NCBI GenBank assembly: GCA_963663865.1
Contig: OY760686.1
Coordinates: forward strand, 2,208,001-2,272,000
Direction of reading: 5' to 3'
DNA length: 64,000 bases
Source: Spirochaetota bacterium
GTDB taxonomy: Bacteria > Spirochaetota > UBA4802 > UBA5550
Each line of letters opens with the position of its first letter. Position 1 is the first letter of the stretch. A program made the translations under genes and the position numbers. The notes under the pieces were generated by a model. It was given only the letters and a program-made list of their open reading frames with translations. It had not been told where the DNA came from and did not search any database. Shown here piece by piece: positions 28,563 through 37,059 of the stretch.

Positions 28563-28631
28563 GTGCTTGATTTTCTCACGAAGAAGCGCACTGTCAACTC
28601 TATTTTGGCTGGTTCTGATTGAGGAAGAGCC

Positions 28632-28667
28632 GCCCAAACGCCCACCGGGTAGTGAAGCGCATAAGCT
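28632..28667 (-). repeat. Degenerate attC remnant after vapC
   Basis: GCCCAAACG-N10-AGTGAAGCGCATAAGCT aligns, with the same spacing, to GCCCGAACG-N10-AGTGAAGCGCATATGCT inside the intact site (35302-35337). Confidence 0.65.
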
Positions 28668-28689
28668 ATAACAGCGGCTGTTGCGTTTT

Positions 28690-29091
28690 TTATTCTTTTA
28701 CCCAGTTCTCAAGCTTCAGACCTTCTACTCTTTCAAATTCTTTTATATTGTTCGTAACAAGAATTAATTTTTTTGACTTTGCCTGTCCCGCAATCAATAG
28801 ATCCTTTGGTCCAATTAGCTTGCCTTTTGTTTCTAAATCTGTTTTAATTATTCCGAATTCGACAGCATCAGTATCATCAAACGGCAAAATAATAAAGATT
28901 GATAAAAACTCAATCAAAGCTATTTTGTTCTTTTCTGGAAATTTACTATTCGCAACTCCATATTCCAGTTCAGCAATTGTTATTGATGAAACATAAATGT
29001 CTTTCTTTGATTTTGTTTTTAATGTCTTTAATACATCAACCGGCTTCTTCTTAATGATATTAATACAGATATTCGTATCCAGCAAATACAT
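28690..29091 (-). CDS. vapC: VapC PIN-domain toxin
   Basis: YLLDTNICI, ITIAELEYG, IGPKDLLIAGQA, LVTNNIKEFERV. Confidence 0.95.
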   Translation of the reverse strand: MYLLDTNICINIIKKKPVDVLKTLKTKSKKDIYVSSITIAELEYGVANSKFPEKNKIALIEFLSIFIILPFDDTDAVEFGIIKTDLETKGKLIGPKDLLIAGQAKSKKLILVTNNIKEFERVEGLKLENWVKE

Positions 29092-29303
29092 CAGAAATTT
29101 TCTCTTTTTTGATTTTCACCTTAATCACGGCTTTCTTTCATGAAATCATCAGTAAAATTATTCAGCCCATGAAGAAATACTTACCAGGATTTATTATGAG
29201 GAAGTAGAATCACGGCATCTCCAACTTTTTGGATAAGCACATCGTTGCCGGAAAATTGAAATTCTTTAGGTAAGCGTACTGCCTGCCCTCGGTTTTTAAT
29301 CAT
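29091..29303 (-). pseudogene. vapB: VapB/VagC (AbrB-type) antitoxin pseudogene
   Basis: MIKNRGQAVRLPKEFQFSGNDVLIQKVGDAVILLPHNKSW*VFLHGLNNFTDDFMKESRD*GENQKRENF; in-frame TAA at 29181-83 and 29121-23; TGATG overlap with vapC. Confidence 0.88.
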
Positions 29304-29636
29304 TTAATTCCTTATTAATCTTCTTAAAATTATATCTTCGAAATTTCTTCTAGAGTCAATCATTGAAAGAATATATACTTTATGTTCTTCGATTCTATAG
29401 ATTATTCGCCACGGAGTTATAATCAACTCCCGATAGTTGCTAATATTATGAAAATCAAGTTCAGGAATAATCCTTCCTCGTTCAGGATAATTTTCTAATT
29501 TAACCGTTTGCTTTTTAATTTTTTCAAATATTTTTTCAGCTATATTCAGGCTGTCGAATGAAATATATTCAATTATTTCAATAAGATCATCTTGTGCCAA
29601 CCTGGTCCAGAATACAGTATATTTTTTTGATGTCAT
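29304..29636 (-). CDS. RelE/ParE family toxin
   Basis: VFWTRLAQDDLIEIIEYI...YPERGRIIPEL...YRELI..PWRIIYRI...DSRR. Confidence 0.92.
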   Translation of the reverse strand: MTSKKYTVFWTRLAQDDLIEIIEYISFDSLNIAEKIFEKIKKQTVKLENYPERGRIIPELDFHNISNYRELIITPWRIIYRIEEHKVYILSMIDSRRNFEDIILRRLIRN

Positions 29637-29640
29637 AAAC

Positions 29641-29919
29641 TTATCTTTTTTTTAGAATTTTATCTTCAACAGAAGAAAAAAATGTGCTCTGCTCAATAAA
29701 TTTTCCATTTTTAACATCTTTTTCTCCCATCGAAATTAATTTAAAAATTCTTATCGCATTTTGCATCGAATCATAGCTCTCGGTATCCATTAATACAGCC
29801 TTTGCTTCACCATTTTGAGTAATTATTATTGGTCGATGGGTTTCGTTTACTTGATCCAGCATGTTTGCAGCATTTGCTTTTACAAAAGAAATTGGGCGTA
29901 TATCTTGTTTAGTATTCAT
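29641..29919 (-). CDS. Phd/YefM family antitoxin
   Basis: DIRPISFVKANAA...RPIIITQNGEAKAVLMD; directly upstream of the RelE/ParE toxin. Confidence 0.93.
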   Translation of the reverse strand: MNTKQDIRPISFVKANAANMLDQVNETHRPIIITQNGEAKAVLMDTESYDSMQNAIRIFKLISMGEKDVKNGKFIEQSTFFSSVEDKILKKR

Positions 29920-30072
29920 TATTTTATCCTTTAATGCATTTCATTTGATCTAAATATAGTACCAAATTAAGTTTACAGGTCAAGAATAATTTTCTAATAC
30001 GGTTGGAGCAACTTTCTTACTACATTTCGTTTAAATCATTGCGAATATCTCATATTTACCTCCTAATGGAGG

Positions 30073-30140
30073 CGACAACTTTCCTGATTATGAGGATATG
30101 CCACGTTTTCACCGTAGCGCAGCAAAGGTGAAAACATGGC
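30073..30140 (-). repeat. Partial attC-like site (long hairpin plus R'-like GTTGTCG)
   Basis: Minus strand GCCATGTTTTCACC...GGTGAAAACGTGGC hairpin, then CATAATCAGGAAA-GTTGTCG; compare CATAAGCAAAAC-GTTGTCT at the end of the intact site. Confidence 0.5.
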
Positions 30141-30144
30141 TAAG

Positions 30145-31506
30145 TCATTTCTTTCCCTCATATTTTGACCAAAAGCTGTATTTGCGGCCATGGGCCTGCA
30201 TAATTTGATCTTTAAAGGCAATATTATTACTATGATTTTCCCAATCATCAACATATATGGACATTTTGTCCAACTTCTTTAGATACCGGACTCCATGGGG
30301 ATAGGCTTTGGTATAACCACGCTCCAGAATAGATACCAGCAAACTCCGGTAAATAAGGCTGGACGCAAGATGTCGCTTTTCTGATTCCATAATTTCTGCC
30401 AATGGAATAAGGCTTCCATAAAAATTACCGTCGAATTGCTCAGCTCGCTTTATGAGATATTCTTCGGCTTCATTGATCTTTCCTGTTTCGATCAGAAACC
30501 CTGCATCCGATAAACAAAGGCTTTCGTTTTTTAAAATTTGTGCCACCTCAACAGCAATGACTTCATCCCTTTTATCATGTCCAATCACATCCAGAAGAGC
30601 CTGCAGGGTGTAGGTTGAGTGGTAAGATTTGAATTTATGAAAAAGAAGTTCTGTCAGCTTTTCTGTGTCGCCCTGTTTTTCATAAATTTCCTGAAGAAGC
30701 TTGTCCCTTTCATATGCCTGAAATGTTTCTCCCTTCGGGATTTTTTTGAGCCATAAGTATGCTGTTTCAACATCTTCGTTTTCCAGATATACCTGGGCTA
30801 TATCAATGAAAGCCGCAGTGGAAAGCTTTCCCCATGAAGCAATTCGAGTTTTTTCAAACAGTCTGGCATCACCAATCTGTCTGGCCAGAGATTCAATAAG
30901 CATCAGATGATGTCTCTTATTATAATCCGCGCTCTCTTTGTCAGCCCGTAACTGCAGTACTGTAATCATTCTCCTGACAGCATCTTCGGGCAGACATTCT
31001 CCGGCGCAGGCAATCAAAGTATCCCGGATACCGTAATCATCCTTTTGATTTACTTTAAGGATAATTTCGGCGACTTTTTCCTTATCAGCACAACGAGAAG
31101 CATAGTCAACAAACAGCTCCCTGGCATCATAGCGGAAGACATCACCAATATTTCCATTGGAATCATCGCACATTTCAAAGATAACATTGTCAGCCTCGTA
31201 AAAAGAAGCTACCATTTCCATGCCGGTTAAGGGGTCATCCATACCTGCCTTCAAATCCTTCAGAAGCATTTCCAGTTCCCGGGCAAATCCATCTGCACCA
31301 TGCCAATCGATAAAGCGTCTGGAACGCTTAAGGCCGGAGAGTTTCTTTCAGAACCGCTGAACATTTTCCTTCGGCGGTGCAATCAGTCGTTCTATCAAAT
31401 CATCAGCTTCATCAGAACTTAACGAAAGGTCCAGAAGCGCGTCCGCAAGAACTTCCGGACCTTGATCAATCAATTTCTCCCTGCGGTCATTCCCTGAGTT
31501 TTCCAT
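30145..31506 (-). pseudogene. DUF6880-like helical protein interrupted by an in-frame TGA
   Basis: Frame runs from ATG 31506 (MENSGNDRREKLIDQGPEVLADALL...) through TGA 31348-50 into the 374-aa ORF; CDDSNGNIGDVF and Y.HGVRYLKKL...HGRKYSFW motifs. Confidence 0.7.
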
Positions 31507-31514
31507 AAACAGCA

Positions 31515-32045
31515 TTATTCTTCTTTTACATAATCATAAAATTCATAAACAAGATTCCCGATTTCATCATGAAATCCCCAGCCTATTCCTTCCGTTTCAT
31601 CTATAAAACCGAAACACCGGTCTTTGTATTTCTCCAGCATATCGTTTTTACTTATATGTACAAGGAACCGTTCCAATGCTTTTTCAATATTTTCGTAAAA
31701 ACGTTCACCAATATCGCCGTATTCATTGGTGAAATCTATCCCGCATTTGACATGCGTAAATAGAAGTTCCGCCAAATAACCGGGATCGTTTGAGATTTTT
31801 ATAAACTTTGAAAGAACGTCTCTGATATTGGCATATCTTAGTTTTCCAAATCCTTTTTCAGGAAAAAACTCATCAATGATCTGCTTTCTGTATTTCCGGA
31901 AAACTTCTTCAGGATTTGAAAAACTATTTTTTTCATCAAGAATCTCTTTTGCAAGAGGCACTTTTCTGTATAAATCAATGATTATTTCCATCAATTCATT
32001 TTTTTTCATGGAGCCTAATTCTTTCTTTAATTCTCTGATTCCCAT
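31515..32045 (-). CDS. DUF6155-like hypothetical protein
   Basis: ELKKEL..M.K.EL...IIDLY, EFFP.KG.GKLR, FTNEYGDIGERFY, GIGWGFHD. Confidence 0.7.
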   Translation of the reverse strand: MGIRELKKELGSMKKNELMEIIIDLYRKVPLAKEILDEKNSFSNPEEVFRKYRKQIIDEFFPEKGFGKLRYANIRDVLSKFIKISNDPGYLAELLFTHVKCGIDFTNEYGDIGERFYENIEKALERFLVHISKNDMLEKYKDRCFGFIDETEGIGWGFHDEIGNLVYEFYDYVKEE

Positions 32046-32285
32046 TATTAGTTTCCTGTCCCGTTTTTTCCGTCTTTCTTTTCAAGCAATTTCTTTTAGA
32101 TTTCCAGTTCCTTTAAGTCCTCTTCATCGGCCTTTTTTGCTTCGTTATTTTTCCTCTTTCTATCGAATTAATCGTATCAGACTTCATCAATATCTGGGAC
32201 CACTTCCACTTGAAGTGAACCTACCCCGAAAAAGTGGACACGAAGTTAAGCGAATTTAACGATAATAAACTTAACGGAGAAACCC

Positions 32286-32588
32286 ATGACTAACAGAAGA
32301 ACGTATGATCGTCAATTCAAAATTGATGCAGTAAAATTACTGAAAGAGAGCGGCAAAACAGCTTCTGCGGTCGCCGATAATCTGGGGATTAAATCTGATC
32401 TCTTGTCACGCTGGAAAAAGGAATTTGCCAATGAAACCAAAAAAGTTTTTCCAGGGAAAGGAAATCCGCGAGATGAAGAAATAACACGTTTGAAAAAAGA
32501 GAACGCAGATCTTCGTATGGAGCGTGATATATTAAAAAAAGCAATGGCCATCTTTTCACAACCCGAAAGGAGAAATTCGAATTCATGA
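32286..32588 (+). CDS. IS3 OrfA (HTH)
   Basis: RRTYDRQFKIDAV...VADNLGI...LSRWKK...LRMERDILKKA; A7G slippery run at 32534-32541. Confidence 0.92.
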   Translation: MTNRRTYDRQFKIDAVKLLKESGKTASAVADNLGIKSDLLSRWKKEFANETKKVFPGKGNPRDEEITRLKKENADLRMERDILKKAMAIFSQPERRNSNS

Positions 32589-33412
32589 AAAACAATGAAT
32601 CGATTTATCCGGTGAAGAAGATGGCTGAAACATTTAGAATACCCAGAAGTCAATATTACAAATGGCTGAATTCAAAACCTTGCTCTCGTGAGCTTCGAGA
32701 TCAGGAATTACTTGTTATAATCAAAAAGAGTCATGAAGAAAGCAGAGAAACATACGGCAGCCCCAGGGTCTTTAAAGATATTAAGAAGAAGGGAATCAAA
32801 ACCTCAAAGAAACGAGTAGCTCGACTCATGCAAAGGAACGATCTTAAAGGTGCACAAAAACGCAAATTTAAGGTTACTACCAATTCAGATCATGAATATC
32901 CAGTGGCACCAAACCTTCTCAATAGGCAGTTTGATGTGCAGCAACCCAACACCTATTGGGTAAGCGATATCACCTATATATGGACGATGGAAGGATGGCT
33001 GTATCTATCTGTTATAATTGACCTGTTCTCTCGAATGATTGTCGGATGGGCAATGGAGTCTCATATGCGGGCAGAGTTGGTAATTGATTCATTAAATATG
33101 GCTGTCACTCATCGCAATCCTGATGATGGATTAATATTCCATTCTGATCGGGGAACTCAATATGCCTGTGATGATTTTCGAACAGCACTTAAAGGATACG
33201 AGATGATTCAAAGCATGAGCCGGAAAGGTAACTGCTGGGACAATGCATGTGCTGAAAGCTTTTTTGCAACATTAAAGACTGAAGAAGTTTATCGTAGAAA
33301 ATATAAAACCAGAGAGGAAGCAAGGTCTTACATATTTGAATATATAGCTGTTTTTTATAACAGAAAAAGACAGCATTATTTTCTTGACTGTTTAAATCCT
33401 GTGGAATATTAA
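32585..33412 (+). CDS. IS3 OrfB (DDE integrase core)
   Basis: YGSPR, WVSDITY, HSDRGTQY, SMSRKGNCWDNACAESFF; lies in the -1 frame relative to OrfA. Confidence 0.93.
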   Translation: MKNNESIYPVKKMAETFRIPRSQYYKWLNSKPCSRELRDQELLVIIKKSHEESRETYGSPRVFKDIKKKGIKTSKKRVARLMQRNDLKGAQKRKFKVTTNSDHEYPVAPNLLNRQFDVQQPNTYWVSDITYIWTMEGWLYLSVIIDLFSRMIVGWAMESHMRAELVIDSLNMAVTHRNPDDGLIFHSDRGTQYACDDFRTALKGYEMIQSMSRKGNCWDNACAESFFATLKTEEVYRRKYKTREEARSYIFEYIAVFYNRKRQHYFLDCLNPVEY

Positions 33413-33475
33413 ATAAATATGCTCAAACTTAAAAATGTTGTTTAACTATCTGTCCTATAAATCGGGGGAGCTTCA

Positions 33476-33526
33476 ATCCCAGGCCGAAAGCACAGCATAT
33501 AAATCCTGTTAGGTGTAGTGTTTGAA
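33476..33526 (-). repeat. Truncated attC (R'' ACCTAAC) cut by IS3 and separated from its gene by IS256
   Basis: Minus strand TTCAAACACTACACCTAAC fits RYYYAAC and is an inverted match (15/19) to the cassette start GTTGTCTGTAATGTTTGAA at 35255-35237. Confidence 0.65.
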
Positions 33527-33527
33527 T

Positions 33528-34851
33528 GAGAGTGTAAAAAGATTTGTGTAAATAGCTATATTATTACTCAATAGATAAGGAGAAAAAATATGGCTATGGA
33601 CAAAGATGCAATAATTAATGAATTGCTGGAAGATGTGGATTTTAAAGCACTGACACCTGAACAGATTACCGGGAAAGACGGCCTTATTCAGCAATTAACC
33701 AAGAGGATTATCGAAACAGCGATGAATGCTGAGATGACAGAACATCTTGGCTACGACAAAAATGAAAGATCAGCAGGTAAAAGCACCAACGCTCGTAATG
33801 GTCGAAGTAGCAAGAAGGTGCTAACAAACAATGGAGAAGTCCTAATTGATATTCCCCGAGATCGTAATGCTGAATTCGAACCCAGAATAGTAAAGAAGCA
33901 TCAAAAACGATTTGAGCTCTTTGACGAGAAAATCATATCGATGTACGGGTTGGGGATGACAACCAGAGATATTCAGGGCCATCTTGAAGATATCTATGGA
34001 GTAGAGGTTTCGCCTGACCTGATCAGCACCGTTACCAATGAGATAATAAAAGATGTTCTGGAATGGCAATCCCGCCCACTTGATCCTGTGTACCCTATAG
34101 TGTATTTTGACGCTATCGTGGTCAAAGGCCGAACTGACGGCAAAGTATCAAATAAATCAGTGTATACGGCTATTGGGGTCAATATGCAGGGCAAAAAAGA
34201 AGTTCTAGGCTTATGGATTGGCGATTCAGAAGGAGCTAAATTTTGGCTTCAGGTTGTAAATGAACTTAAAAATCGAGGAATCGAAGATGTCTTCATCGCT
34301 TGCATGGATGGACTGAAAGGGTTTCCAGATGCGGTTAATGCCGTATTCCCAGAGACCAGGATTCAGCTGTGCATAGTTCATATGATACGCAATTCAATAA
34401 AATATGTATCATGGAAAGAACGAAAGGCGATATGTACCGATCTGAAAAGCATATATTCTGCCCCTTCCGAAAAGGCTGGTTTGGCTTCGCTTGATGAATT
34501 TTCTAAAAAGTGGGATGGTAAATATCCGATGATTTCAAAGTCATGGCGAGCCAATTGGGAAAACCTCAACGAATTTTTCGCTTATCCGGCAGATATTCGA
34601 AAAGCAATTTATACTACCAACGCAATTGAATCCTTGAATTCAAGCCTACGGAAAGTAACCCAGAAAAGAGCGGCATTTCCTACAGATGATTCAATCTTTA
34701 AGGTGCTGTATTTGGCATTGACGAAAGCCGAGAAAAAATGGACTATGCCAATCAGAGATTGGGGTGCTGCTATCAACCAGTTCGCAGTATATTTTGGAGA
34801 CAGAGTACCATTATAATCAAAGGCTATTTACACAAAAGATCTGATACTCTC
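33528..34851 (+). mobile_element. IS256-family insertion sequence with 8-bp target duplication
   Basis: IRs GAGAGTGTAAAAAGATTTGTGTAAATAGC / revcomp GAGAGTATCAGATCTTTTGTGTAAATAGC; DR GTTTGAAT at 33520-27 and 34852-59. Confidence 0.96.
33590..34816 (+). CDS. IS256 (Mutator) transposase
   Basis: PRDR..FEP, YFDA, CMDGLKG, QLCIVHMIRN, IYTTNAIESLN. Confidence 0.97.
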   Translation: MAMDKDAIINELLEDVDFKALTPEQITGKDGLIQQLTKRIIETAMNAEMTEHLGYDKNERSAGKSTNARNGRSSKKVLTNNGEVLIDIPRDRNAEFEPRIVKKHQKRFELFDEKIISMYGLGMTTRDIQGHLEDIYGVEVSPDLISTVTNEIIKDVLEWQSRPLDPVYPIVYFDAIVVKGRTDGKVSNKSVYTAIGVNMQGKKEVLGLWIGDSEGAKFWLQVVNELKNRGIEDVFIACMDGLKGFPDAVNAVFPETRIQLCIVHMIRNSIKYVSWKERKAICTDLKSIYSAPSEKAGLASLDEFSKKWDGKYPMISKSWRANWENLNEFFAYPADIRKAIYTTNAIESLNSSLRKVTQKRAAFPTDDSIFKVLYLALTKAEKKWTMPIRDWGAAINQFAVYFGDRVPL

Positions 34852-34873
34852 GTTTGAATAGCTGATGGCCATG

Positions 34874-35215
34874 TTAAACATCTTCATCTACTATTTCTGT
34901 TCCAACCAAATCTTCAATTACAGTATGACATTCAACATCAAACCATTCCATAAAAAGCTTATAGGTTCTGGGCTTAGGCCATGCGCTTTCGTCTTGGTAC
35001 CAATCGTTTAATTCATTTTCAAAAAAAATATCATAATTTTTCTTTAGCATTTGATCCAGATTTTCGGCAGAATTCTCATCAATCAAATATACCGTTCTTT
35101 CTTCGTTTGTCATTTCTTCTAAAGTAACAATACTATTATCAGATGAGTCGGTACTATTAATCCAATCGATCATTGGTTGTTTATATTTTAATAATAAAGC
35201 TGCACGATTAATCAT
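34874..35215 (-). CDS. Acidic hypothetical cassette protein
   Basis: GGGAGG RBS; INR.A...KQP..DW...VYL...FENEL.DW.QDE..WP..R....F.EWF pattern; bounded by attC-like sites. Confidence 0.8.
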   Translation of the reverse strand: MINRAALLLKYKQPMIDWINSTDSSDNSIVTLEEMTNEERTVYLIDENSAENLDQMLKKNYDIFFENELNDWYQDESAWPKPRTYKLFMEWFDVECHTVIEDLVGTEIVDEDV

Positions 35216-35248
35216 AAACCCTCCCTAAAATAATGCTTCAAACATTAC

Positions 35249-35346
35249 AGACAACGTTTTGCTTATGTGACGTCGCGCGGCCTTTTGCGCGATGTGGCGT
35301 AGCCCGAACGAACGACAGCGAGTGAAGCGCATATGCTTTGTTGTCT
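35249..35346 (-). repeat. attC-like recombination site (98 bp)
   Basis: Minus strand R'' AGACAAC ... R' GTTGTCT exactly complementary; inner GCATATG/CATAAGC boxes; internal hairpin ACATCGCGC-AAAAGGCC-GCGCGACGT; lies between two co-oriented genes. R boxes deviate from GTTRRRY. Confidence 0.75.
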
Positions 35347-35363
35347 GCCGTCAAAACCGCATC

Positions 35364-35639
35364 TTACAGAATTTTTATTGATAAATTTTTTCCTAATGCT
35401 TTTGTTACTTTTAATAATGTCGAAAGCTTGATGTCTTCTGAATGATTTTCAATTCTCGAAATTGCACTCTTTGTTGTTTTAATTTTTTTTGCTAATTCTT
35501 CTTGAGTTAAACCGCTTTTTTCTCTTTCTTGTCTTAGGATTAAACCTATCTTGAATTCTTCGAAACCTTCATCGTATCTTTGTGCGAACTCAGGGTCTTT
35601 CGCTTTTCTTTTGGTTATGTATTTTTTCAGATCACTCAT
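35364..35639 (-). CDS. XRE-HTH antitoxin (HigA-like)
   Basis: IGLILRQEREKSGLTQEELAKKIKTTKSAISRIEN; ATGA overlap with the upstream toxin. Confidence 0.92.
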   Translation of the reverse strand: MSDLKKYITKRKAKDPEFAQRYDEGFEEFKIGLILRQEREKSGLTQEELAKKIKTTKSAISRIENHSEDIKLSTLLKVTKALGKNLSIKIL

Positions 35640-35986
35640 GATTTCCTCCAGTTTAAATAATCATTTCTATAATCTTCTGCTCGTTTAATTTCTGCAGTAG
35701 ATATCTTTTGTGTTTTTTTAATAAGTCCATGTTTAAGAATTATTATAAAACCTTTTTCGAAGAAACAAAATATTCGGTAAATGTTTGAACCTTGTTGAAT
35801 TCGACATTCACAAATGTCCGTATTCACGAGCTTCTTAAAATAAGTTGATTGAAGCATCCCTTAATTTTCTAATAATTCAAGCATCCATGTAATTTTTTGA
35901 ACAACCTTTCCGGGAAGCGAATCAAGAAATTCTTCTACTGGACAGCTTCCATCTTTTGTTTTATAGAATATGATATTTCTTTTCAT
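35636..35986 (-). pseudogene. RelE/HigB (Gp49-like) toxin with an in-frame TAA
   Basis: MKRNIIFYKTKDGSCPVEEFLDSL...ELLEN*GMLQSTYFKKL...ECRI...YRIFCF...HG.IKKTQK; stop at 35861-63. Confidence 0.85.
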
Positions 35987-35992
35987 ACATTC

Positions 35993-36021
35993 ATGTTAGC
36001 ATGCAGGTGAACATTTGTCAA
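35993..36021 (-). promoter_or_regulatory. TA promoter giving a leaderless transcript
   Basis: TTGACA - 17 bp - TAACAT, 6 nt before ATG 35986; ATGTT..AACAT inverted repeat overlaps the spacer and -10. Confidence 0.65.
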
Positions 36022-36055
36022 TCATTTTCTATGAAAAAATAATGCGGTTCTTATG

Positions 36056-36180
36056 GCAGACGACTAAAATTATCTGCATTGCGTAATTTTATGCATAATC
36101 ACATATTAAAGTGAAGCAGATTTTCCCAAGTAACTAAAAAATTTTGGCATTATGCGCATCTTCTCCGTTTTAACTAAAAC
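36056..36180 (-). other. attI-like site
   Basis: Minus strand GCAGATAA-TTTTAG-TCGTCTGC simple site at the first cassette boundary, plus two upstream direct repeats TTTTAGTTA (36131, 36171). Confidence 0.45.
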
Positions 36181-36549
36181 AAACTGTTTTCAATTGTTTT
36201 TATAATAGAGGTCACTGACATGAAAAACACTGGCCTTAAAAAGATGCTGTTAAGATACGCCGCCGGCAAAAATCCTAAATTCATTTCAAATAATCAATCA
36301 GAGTTTCCTCACTCATTTTCTTATATAAAGGAAAGTGGTTAAAAGAAATCTACCGCCAATGTTCCGGCCTTCGGCTTCCCGACTCATCTTGTCTTCCGCG
36401 GGGCGCTCGTAACTCGCCTGCCTTACGGCAGACTCAAACAGACGCAGCGCCTTCTCCCGCGGCCGACTGCGAGGAGTCCGACAAACAGGATGTTTTAGTG
36501 CCGATGGCCGCCAGGACGGCGAAAATGCCATCGGCTGCCTGGAACATAA

Positions 36550-36846
36550 TGGCGGAATTAAGAAACTGCAGGCACACTACTTCAACAACTCATCCAGCGC
36601 GATTTGCATGAATGCAAATCGCTCGGGCGCCGTTTCATCAGGATGATGATAACGGCGCTGCAACAGTCGAGTAACTGCAAAAGCCAAGCCCTTCCGGCGC
36701 CAAAAAAATATTGGTCGAAAAGCAGGATGCTTAAGTGTCGACGGCCGACAGGAGGTCGAAAAAGCCGACCACTTTCGCCCGGACGAAAGTGACGAAGAAA
36801 AAGGTCTCACGCTCCCAGTGTGAAATAGACGGCAGGCTCCTGTCAA
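36550..36846 (+). repeat. Structured non-coding repeat, copy 1
   Basis: Collinear with 38239-38488; 64-bp identical core 36638-36701; several hairpins. Confidence 0.9.
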
Positions 36847-37059
36847 CACCGATTAGATTTTGCCTCTGTCACTGTCACAAGCCTTGAAAGTCTTCCTCGT
36901 ATATCATATGTGTATTCGGTCTCTGTATTGTGAGCATGACTATACCAGTTTTCTTATGGCACCGGCTGCTCACAACTTACAATCAACACGCATCATGTGG
37001 AGCCTTAGCAGAATAATACCGGCTTATAGGGAAGGGCTCGGAGATAAAGCTCTGAAGTG

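Larger units (their letters stand above)
32216..33475 (+). mobile_element. IS3-family insertion sequence (~1260 bp)
   Basis: IRL TGAACCTACCCCGAAAAAGTGGACA; IRR revcomp TGAAGCTCCCCCGATTTATAGGACA; TG..CA ends; no target duplication visible. Confidence 0.92.
28632..36180 (-). mobile_element. Decayed integron-like gene-cassette array lacking an integrase gene (CALIN-like)
   Basis: All passenger genes on the minus strand and AT-rich; intact attC-like site 35249-35346; attC remnants at 28632, 30073-30140 and 33476-33526; TA-rich; IS insertions. Confidence 0.7.

Noticed and set aside
29091-35986. Stop-codon recoding to explain several in-frame TAA/TGA in cassette genes
   Set aside because: The stops are mixed TAA and TGA replacing different residues, and both codons end normal genes throughout the window. 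Pseudogenisation is simpler.
36133-36160. Possible dif site (minus strand GATGCGCATAATG matches the XerC arm)
   Set aside because: No XerD arm (TTATGTTAAAT-like) follows the 6-bp spacer.
36545-36562. TAATGGCGGAATTAAG / CATTGGCGGAATTAAG as IS4-like terminal inverted repeats of a MITE
   Set aside because: Both copies are in direct orientation; I found no inverted partner or target duplication in the window. Unresolved rather than excluded.
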